Positions 9,301 through 15,123 of a DNA stretch of 64,000 nucleotides are shown here, piece after piece. Positions within the stretch are counted from its first letter, which is position 1; each line of letters opens with the position of its first letter. The notes under the pieces are model-generated. The model did no database searches and had not been told where the DNA came from. It saw nothing but the letters and a program-made list of their open reading frames with translations. Origin of the DNA: Prolixibacteraceae bacterium (GTDB lineage: Bacteria; Bacteroidota; Bacteroidia; Bacteroidales; Prolixibacteraceae); NCBI GenBank assembly GCA_037140615.1, contig JBAXED010000004.1:8485-72484 (forward strand), in the 5' to 3' direction. Made by a program: the position numbers and the translations under genes.

Positions 9301-10812
9301 CATACTACTACTGGTTATGAGCTAAAAGGCGCCCACAAACTGATTGTTCAGTGTTCAGACTGTCACAAAGGGAATGTTACAACTGCCGCCTTAACCTGCG
9401 TTGGATGCCATCAGGCCAAATATGATGCAGCATTGAATCACAAAGCACAGGGATACCCCACAGATTGCTCCATGTGCCACACCCAGAGCAACTGGTTGGA
9501 GAACAGTTTTAATCATGCCACAACGGCCTTCCCATTGACTGGGGCTCATACAACAGTTTTATGCTCAAAATGTCATATTGTTGGCTTCAAAGGGACGTCG
9601 ACAGTTTGTAGTAGCTGCCATTTGCCGGTATATACGAGCTCTCAATTGCCTGGTCACGTGGCTGCAGGTATACCAAAGGAGTGTGCGACCTGCCATACCA
9701 CAGCAGTATGGAAACCTTCTACCTTCAACCATACTACTACTGGTTATGAGCTAAAAGGCGCCCACAAACTGATTGTTCAGTGTTCAGACTGTCACAAAGG
9801 GAATGTTACAACTGCCGCCTTAACCTGCGTTGGATGCCATCAGGCCAAATATGATGCAGCATTGAATCACAAAGCACAGGGATACCCCACAGATTGCTCC
9901 ATGTGCCACACCCAGAGCAACTGGTTGGAGAACAGTTTTAATCATGCCACAACGGCCTTCCCATTGACTGGGGCTCATACAACAGTTTTATGCTCAAAAT
10001 GTCATATTGTTGGCTTCAAAGGGACGTCGACAGTTTGTAGTAGCTGCCATTTGCCGGTATATACGAGCTCTCAATTGCCTGGTCACGTGGCTGCAGGTAT
10101 ACCAAAGGAGTGTGCATCCTGCCATACCACAGCAGTATGGAAACCGTCTACATTCAATCATACAACCACAGGTTATGAACTGAAAGGTGCACATAAACTA
10201 ATAGTTCAGTGTTCACAATGCCACAAGGGAAATGTCACTTCTGCAGCTCTAACTTGCATTGGCTGTCATCAGACAAATTATGATACAGCTCTGAACCATA
10301 AAGCACAGGGATACCCCACAGATTGTGCCATGTGCCACACTCAGAACAACTGGTTGGAAAATAGTTTCAATCATGCCACAACAGCCTTCCCATTGACTGG
10401 AGCTCATACAACAGTTTTATGCTCAAAATGTCATACAACAAGTTTTAAGGGGACTTCTACGCTATGTTTCACATGTCATGCAGTGAAATACAATGCATCG
10501 ACAAATCCGAACCATCTTGGCGCTAAGTTTCCTACAAATTGCGAAATCTGTCATTCTACCAAGGCATGGACTCCTTCAACCTACAACCATGATGCTCAGT
10601 ATTTCCCAATAAACAGTGGGCGGCACAAGGGAGCATGGACGCTATGCACCGAATGTCATACGGTTCCTACTAATTATGCTACATTTAGTTGTATTGTTTG
10701 CCATACACATAGCAATAAGACAACAGTAGATGGAAATCATAAAGGCGTTAAAAATTATGCCTATACCGGTACATCCTGCTATACATGCCATCCCCGGGGA
10801 ACTACTAACTAA
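6361..10812 (+). CDS. giant multiheme c-type cytochrome, 61 CxxCH motifs, poly-c7-like modular architecture, Sec signal peptide
   Basis: I counted 61 CxxCH in 1483 aa (~24 aa per motif). Signal peptide MRYLSLTIVVLIMALIVHG. Repeated FNH / G(A/S)H / NHK histidines could serve as distal ligands. Confidence 0.9.
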   Translation: MRYLSLTIVVLIMALIVHGQTSPHGKSFQIDCAQCHTSTNWKVNPTAIQFNHDITNFKLVGQHLIVNCKDCHLVLTFKDGRSNCLDCHADAHNQSLGKDCGKCHTPKSWIISDVTAMHQKTRFPLLGAHRTVTCSECHKSASKYQYEPLGIECVNCHNTDFQKTTTPNHVTNKYSTFCLECHNENSNSWRTTLTSHESFPLTGGHKVGCGLCHTTGHYAKIPTDCNNCHNKQYIASQIPKHQSAGIPVKCETCHNTSTWKPSSFNHLATGFELKGSHKNVVQCSDCHKGNLTSAKQTCISCHQVQYDKAPNHKTVNYPLDCTQCHTQINWVDNTFNHSATNYPLTGAHQKVKCGDCHLTTLKGTPTVCGSCHLATYNNSQVPAHASAGIPKECATCHTTAAWKPSGFNHTTTGYELKGAHKLLVQCSLCHKGNVTSAPQTCVGCHQAKYEVAPNHKTLGYPTDCIMCHTQNNWLENSFNHATTAFPLTGSHASVQCSKCHVVSFKGTSAICSSCHLPAYISSKLPDHVAAAIPKECATCHTTVSWKPSSFNHATTGYELKGAHTSIVQCSQCHKGIVTSAPQTCLACHQTKYDAAPNHKVNGFPTDCAMCHTQNNWLENSFNHSTTAFPLTGAHTNVICSKCHTVGFKGTSAVCSNCHMPVYTSSQIPTHVAAGIPKECASCHTTASWKPSVFNHTTTGYELKGAHKSVVQCSQCHIGNVTTAPQVCVGCHQVQYNVAPGHTKYGFSTDCAKCHTQDNWLSAIFDHAVTNFPLTGAHSKVICASCHANGYTGTSTVCSSCHLPAFNSSQNPGHVAAGIPKECATCHTIVSWKPSSFNHTTTGYELKGAHKLIVQCSQCHKGNVTSAPQVCIGCHQAQYDVAPSHKSSGFSTDCAKCHSQDNWLSANFDHSTTNFPLTGAHTKVLCATCHVKGYAGTSTACSSCHLPVYTSSQLPGHVAAGIPKECATCHTTAVWKPSTFNHTTTGYELKGAHKLIVQCSDCHKGNVTTAALTCVGCHQAKYDAALNHKAQGYPTDCSMCHTQSNWLENSFNHATTAFPLTGAHTTVLCSKCHIVGFKGTSTVCSSCHLPVYTSSQLPGHVAAGIPKECATCHTTAVWKPSTFNHTTTGYELKGAHKLIVQCSDCHKGNVTTAALTCVGCHQAKYDAALNHKAQGYPTDCSMCHTQSNWLENSFNHATTAFPLTGAHTTVLCSKCHIVGFKGTSTVCSSCHLPVYTSSQLPGHVAAGIPKECASCHTTAVWKPSTFNHTTTGYELKGAHKLIVQCSQCHKGNVTSAALTCIGCHQTNYDTALNHKAQGYPTDCAMCHTQNNWLENSFNHATTAFPLTGAHTTVLCSKCHTTSFKGTSTLCFTCHAVKYNASTNPNHLGAKFPTNCEICHSTKAWTPSTYNHDAQYFPINSGRHKGAWTLCTECHTVPTNYATFSCIVCHTHSNKTTVDGNHKGVKNYAYTGTSCYTCHPRGTTN
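7537..10479 (+). repeat. in-frame tandem array of a 429-bp (143-aa, six-CxxCH) module, ~6.9 copies
   Basis: The periodic protein pattern CATCH..FNH..GAH..CSxCH..CxGCH..NHK..CxMCH..FNH..GAH..CSKCH..CSSCH recurs every 143 aa. Confidence 0.85.
9218..10115 (+). repeat. perfect 429-bp-period tandem duplication (2.09 copies) inside the cytochrome gene
   Basis: 9218-9686 is identical to 9647-10115 at lag 429 in line-by-line comparison. The flanking mismatches are at 9217/9646 and 9687/10116. Confidence 0.9.
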
Positions 10813-10870
10813 ATTAGAAAAGGGCAAATTTTCAATCTGAAATTTTCTAGTAAAAATTTGAGTTGCGTAG

Positions 10871-10888
10871 ATCAAAAAGCTTTTTGAT
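10871..10888. other. 18-nt perfect palindrome ATCAAAAAGCTTTTTGAT (weak terminator or binding site)
   Basis: Self-complementary sequence 59 nt downstream of the 61-heme gene stop. It is AT-rich, so its terminator strength is doubtful. Confidence 0.3.
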
Positions 10889-10907
10889 AGTCTGATTTCG
10901 TTGAAAA

Positions 10908-10990
10908 ATTAATTGGAATCATTACAAATATAAATAATGAGATAATTTATATTTAAAATAAATTGGTTAAAATGCATTTAATTATATCTA
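10908..10990 (+). promoter_or_regulatory. conserved AT-rich upstream element, copy B (core ATTAATTGGAATCATTACAAAT)
   Basis: Paralogous to 6080-6158. It lies ~296 nt upstream of the 11205 ORF start. Confidence 0.45.
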
Positions 10991-11204
10991 GATGGATAGT
11001 GATTATCTATAATAAAATCAGATACATAGCAATATTATTTATTTGACCGTATATAAAAAAGATTTTAAAAATTTAAAAATTTTGATTTTTCAAATTAAAT
11101 CAAAAAGTAACCCAGCAACCCGATTAGTTTAAAAAATTTCCTTCATGTGCTTCATAATGTTAGTTTTACACTTGATTCTTAACATGTGATTTGGAACATA
11201 AGAG

Positions 11205-12155
11205 TTGAACAAAAGTGTTGTGTTAAAAAAAAAGAATAACTTCACTTTACAAGTTACAGGTAGAAAGAATGTTAACAATCCCTTATTTGTTGCCATGAAA
11301 TTAAAAGATTCTACGATACATCAGATTGTCATTTCAGCATTAGTTGCCATAGTTGCCGGCATAGTTATAGTATTGTTATACATTGGCTATAGCTATTATT
11401 CAATTCCTATCGAAGAGAGACACTTTCATCCACTAAATCAATCATTTAAAGCTAGCGGTATTGTTGGACATGGCTTAGGCATTGTTGGTTCTGTCCTGAT
11501 CTTGGTCGGTGTATTCACCTATATTATCAGAAAGCGATTTCATCAATTTTCACGGATAGGCATTTTGAAGCATTGGCTGGAGTTCCATATATTCCTCTGC
11601 ACGCTAGGGCCATTCTTGATTCTATTTCATACCACTTTTAAATTTGGAGGAATTGTTGCAGTAAGTTTCTGGAGTATGGTGGTTGTTTTTCTTAGTGGAA
11701 TTATAGGAAGATATATTTATCTCCAAATTCCAAGATCAATTGAAGGGCAAGAACTCACACTTCTTGAACTTGAAGATCAGAAGATTGAAATGAACAAACA
11801 ATTAAGGCAGTCTGTTACATTGGACGAAAGTATTTATGAGCTTATAAATGTAACACCCAATAAATCAAAAGGCAATAGTAATTTTTTTGGAAGAAGTAAA
11901 GAGGAGCGAATGGCCTTTGGACAATTGAGAAGGGATTTGAAAATCCAAAAGCTTCCCACCAAAAAGGCAAGGGAAATAATTAGAATTTTTAAAAGTCAGT
12001 TGAGGCTTAAAAAGCGAATTGAGCGTTTGGTAACCATGCAAAAGCTTTTTTCCTACTGGCATGTGGCTCATTTACCATTTGCTTTAATCATGCTGGTGGT
12101 TATGATTATTCATGTTGTAGTCGCAGTTACTTTTGGTTATAAATGGATTTTTTAA
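11205..12155 (+). CDS. integral membrane protein, 5 predicted TM helices, two His-x13-His helices (candidate di-heme cytochrome b-like conduit)
   Basis: The ORF track start is TTG 11205; an alternative ATG is at 11295. H128/H142 lie in TM3 and H289/H303 in TM5. K/R-rich loops at 108-122 and 174-282 predict that both helices run cytoplasm to periplasm. Confidence 0.7.
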   Translation: MNKSVVLKKKNNFTLQVTGRKNVNNPLFVAMKLKDSTIHQIVISALVAIVAGIVIVLLYIGYSYYSIPIEERHFHPLNQSFKASGIVGHGLGIVGSVLILVGVFTYIIRKRFHQFSRIGILKHWLEFHIFLCTLGPFLILFHTTFKFGGIVAVSFWSMVVVFLSGIIGRYIYLQIPRSIEGQELTLLELEDQKIEMNKQLRQSVTLDESIYELINVTPNKSKGNSNFFGRSKEERMAFGQLRRDLKIQKLPTKKAREIIRIFKSQLRLKKRIERLVTMQKLFSYWHVAHLPFALIMLVVMIIHVVVAVTFGYKWIF

Positions 12156-13495
12156 TTATGGAAGTACTAATAGAAAATTTGGTCATTTATTCTCTGGTTG
12201 CAATATTTATTGTAGCTATTATTATGATTTATATTCTCAAGGGAAAGAGGGAATCACGCGTTGTGGAAGCCAAAATTGCCATTGCAATTGAGGAGGGAAT
12301 ACATGAACCGGTCACATTGCATCCTGTGATTGATGTAAACAGCTGCATCAAAAGTGGAGCCTGCATTACCGCATGTCACGAAAAGGATATAATTGGGATA
12401 AAAGATGGAAAGGCGACTATTATCAATGCTTCTCATTGCATTGGACATGGAGCTTGCTTTCATGCTTGTCCGGTTCAGGCTATCTCACTTTTTATTGGTA
12501 CTGAAAAGAGAGGCGTTGAATTGCCACACGTCGATCAAACATTTGAATCAAATGTTCCTGGAGTATATATTGCCGGGGAGATGGGAGGAATGGGTCTAAT
12601 AAGGAATTCAGTAGAACAGGGCAAGCAGGCAGTTGAGAACCTGATGAAAAAAATTGATAAAACAGTTGATGCTCAATATGATTTGCTAATTGTTGGTGGT
12701 GGGCCTGCCGGTGTATCTGCCTCCCTTGCGGCAAAGAAAAATAAGCTCAACGCATTGACTCTTGAGCAGAATAGCCTGGGTGGAACAGTCTTTACTTTTC
12801 CACGAGCGAAAATTGTCATGACATCAGCCATGGATTTACCCCTGCATGGTAAAGTTAAATTTAGTGAAACCAGTAAATCAGAGCTTCTGAATCTTTGGAC
12901 AACAGTGTTGACGAATAATGATATCGATCTTCGTGAGAACGCTAAAGTTGAGTCTATTACCCCAATTGATAATTATTTTTTGACAAAAACGCTGGATGGT
13001 CAGGAGTTTACCTCTCGCAAAATTTTGCTTGCCATTGGAAGAAGAGGTTCTCCCCGCAAGTTGAATGTTAAAGGAGAAGAGAGTATGAAAGTGGCTTATC
13101 GGCTGCTGGAACCGGAACTTATAATAGGGAAAAGAGTTTTGGTTGTTGGAGGAGGAGATTCAGCGATCGAATCTGCCTTGCTTCTAACTGACGAAAATGA
13201 AGTAACGCTTTCTTACAGAAGCGATGCATTTGGACGAATTAAGCCAAAAAACAATGAAAAGATCAGAGAAGCGATTGCAAATAAAACTGTAAATATGCTC
13301 TTTAATTCAAATGTGACATCCATTGAGGACCATCAGGTTAAATTATTTTTGTCGGATATTAAGGAAGAGGTTGTTCTCGAAAATGACCTTGTTTACATTT
13401 TTGCCGGAGGAGAACTGCCAACTCAGTTTCTAGAGAAAATAGGCATTAAAATCACCAAAAAATTTGGAGAAGCAATTCTTAAGCACGAAAAGTAG
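12143..13495 (+). CDS. membrane-anchored ferredoxin-like domain + FAD/NAD(P)-binding pyridine-nucleotide-disulfide-oxidoreductase-family protein
   Basis: N-terminal TM helix. Two Cys clusters CIKSGACITAC and CIGHGACFHACP. Dinucleotide motifs LLIVGGGPAGVSA and VLVVGGGDSAIE. The start overlaps the previous stop (or uses ATG 12158, 3 nt after it). Confidence 0.8.
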   Translation: MDFLIMEVLIENLVIYSLVAIFIVAIIMIYILKGKRESRVVEAKIAIAIEEGIHEPVTLHPVIDVNSCIKSGACITACHEKDIIGIKDGKATIINASHCIGHGACFHACPVQAISLFIGTEKRGVELPHVDQTFESNVPGVYIAGEMGGMGLIRNSVEQGKQAVENLMKKIDKTVDAQYDLLIVGGGPAGVSASLAAKKNKLNALTLEQNSLGGTVFTFPRAKIVMTSAMDLPLHGKVKFSETSKSELLNLWTTVLTNNDIDLRENAKVESITPIDNYFLTKTLDGQEFTSRKILLAIGRRGSPRKLNVKGEESMKVAYRLLEPELIIGKRVLVVGGGDSAIESALLLTDENEVTLSYRSDAFGRIKPKNNEKIREAIANKTVNMLFNSNVTSIEDHQVKLFLSDIKEEVVLENDLVYIFAGGELPTQFLEKIGIKITKKFGEAILKHEK

Positions 13496-13500
13496 TTTTA

Positions 13501-15123
13501 TTGGAAATTGATTTTAATAAAGCGGAAATGAGATTTGTATTTAGAATAGTATTTATTATTTGCATCCTGTCAATTTCTTTGCCTGGGAAATCTCAAATTT
13601 CGCCTGGAGAACTTTCAAAAGTTCACGCTCACCTGGAAGGAATGTCTAATTGCACCCAATGTCATACTTTGGGAGCGAAAGTATCAAACGAAAAATGTTT
13701 GGACTGCCACAAGGAGGTCAAGAAACGACTGAATGAAACCAGGGGTTATCATGCTTCATCAAAGGTCAAAAGCAAAGAATGTATTATTTGCCATAGTGAG
13801 CATTATGGTCGGAATTATGACATTGTCCACTTGATTAAGGATAAGTTTGACCATAATGAAACCGGGTATAAGCTGGAAGGAAAGCATGCAAAGAAAGAGT
13901 GCGCTGATTGTCACAAGATTGCAAATATCTCTGATCCTCAATTAAAGAACAAACATGAGACTTTTCTGGGATTGAGCGAGTCATGCCTTCCTTGTCATGA
14001 AGATTTTCACCAGAAGACCCTGCCAGTAAACTGCTTAAATTGTCACAATTACGATGCTTTTAAACCTGCCACTAAATTTGATCATGCTAAAACAAAATAT
14101 CAATTAAAAGGCAAGCATATTGATGTAGCTTGTGAAAAATGCCACCCGAAAAGTTCCCGGAATGGAAAAAATTTCCAGCAATTTTCAGGGTTGCAATTTC
14201 AAAATTGTGTAGCTTGTCATAAGGATCCCCACGAAAATAAATTTGGTCAGAATTGCATGCAATGTCATGTGGAGGAGTCGTTTAAGTCTGTAAAAAGCAT
14301 AGGGCAGTTTGATCATAGCAAGACTGGATTTGAATTGATTGGTAAGCACATTCAGGTGGCCTGTAAGACATGCCACAAAACCAATCTTACGGCTGCGATT
14401 AAACATGAGAAATGCACAGATTGCCACAAGGACTATCATAAGAATCAATTTAGCAAGGCCGGTAAATCGCCGGATTGTTCTGAATGTCATGATGTAACTG
14501 GGTTTGTTCAGTTTTCTTATTCGGTTGAGAAGCATAATCTTTCTAAATTTAAGCTCGAAGGAGCACACCTTGCTATTCCTTGCCTCGACTGCCATAAGAA
14601 AGAGAAAGAGTGGAATTTCAAAAATATTGGAGAAAGATGCGTGGATTGTCACAAGGACATTCACAAAGACCTGATTGATACAAAATATTATCCAGTTCAA
14701 AAATGTGAAAATTGCCATCAAGTGTTGGCTTGGAATGAAATTAAGTTTGACCACAAACTAACATCTTTTGACCTTCAAGGTAAACATGCGGCCACTTCTT
14801 GCAGGAAATGCCATTTTGATGAAAAAATCAACAAGGGAATGAGTCAAAAATTTAAAGGCTTTGATGGGAATTGCGAAAGTTGTCATACGGATGTGCATCG
14901 CGCTCAATTTAGCAAGAACAACGAGATTGTTTGTTTGAAGTGTCATGGTTTTAACAACTGGAAGCCAGAAAAATTCAACCACAATACAACCAGGTTTAAA
15001 TTGGATGGAGGTCATAAAGATGTAGCTTGTGCCAAATGCCACAAACTGCTGACAGAAGGGAATAATACGTACATTAATTACAAATTTAAAGACATATTAT
15101 GCGCTACTTGTCACTTACAATAG
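13501..15123 (+). CDS. multiheme c-type cytochrome, 20 CxxCH motifs; likely start ATG 13528
   Basis: I counted 20 CxxCH. The signal peptide MRFVFRIVFIICILSISLPGKSQ begins at 13528. Repeated FDH..T..L.GKH....CxxCH....CxxCH.D.H modules. Confidence 0.9.
   Translation: MEIDFNKAEMRFVFRIVFIICILSISLPGKSQISPGELSKVHAHLEGMSNCTQCHTLGAKVSNEKCLDCHKEVKKRLNETRGYHASSKVKSKECIICHSEHYGRNYDIVHLIKDKFDHNETGYKLEGKHAKKECADCHKIANISDPQLKNKHETFLGLSESCLPCHEDFHQKTLPVNCLNCHNYDAFKPATKFDHAKTKYQLKGKHIDVACEKCHPKSSRNGKNFQQFSGLQFQNCVACHKDPHENKFGQNCMQCHVEESFKSVKSIGQFDHSKTGFELIGKHIQVACKTCHKTNLTAAIKHEKCTDCHKDYHKNQFSKAGKSPDCSECHDVTGFVQFSYSVEKHNLSKFKLEGAHLAIPCLDCHKKEKEWNFKNIGERCVDCHKDIHKDLIDTKYYPVQKCENCHQVLAWNEIKFDHKLTSFDLQGKHAATSCRKCHFDEKINKGMSQKFKGFDGNCESCHTDVHRAQFSKNNEIVCLKCHGFNNWKPEKFNHNTTRFKLDGGHKDVACAKCHKLLTEGNNTYINYKFKDILCATCHLQ

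Noticed and set aside
7537-10479. Regular repeat periodicity that could be mistaken for a CRISPR array or satellite
   Set aside because: The period is 429 bp, in frame within a long ORF, with no short direct repeat/unique spacer structure and no cas genes. It is a protein-module array.
6403-10875. Numerous 60-104-aa ORFs on both strands inside the 61-heme gene (for example 6403-6717 -, 7315-7620 -, 9994-10194 -, 8684-8914 +)
   Set aside because: They lie entirely within a 1483-aa ORF with overwhelming motif support. Their translations are Cys/His-rich mirror images with no independent signals. They are shadow ORFs created by the repetitive, stop-poor composition.
14185-15042. Antisense ORFs of 189 aa (14185-14754 -) and 94 aa (14758-15042 -) inside the 20-heme gene
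   Set aside because: The sense strand encodes 20 regularly spaced CxxCH motifs and a signal peptide. The antisense products are low-complexity hydrophobic with no start context.
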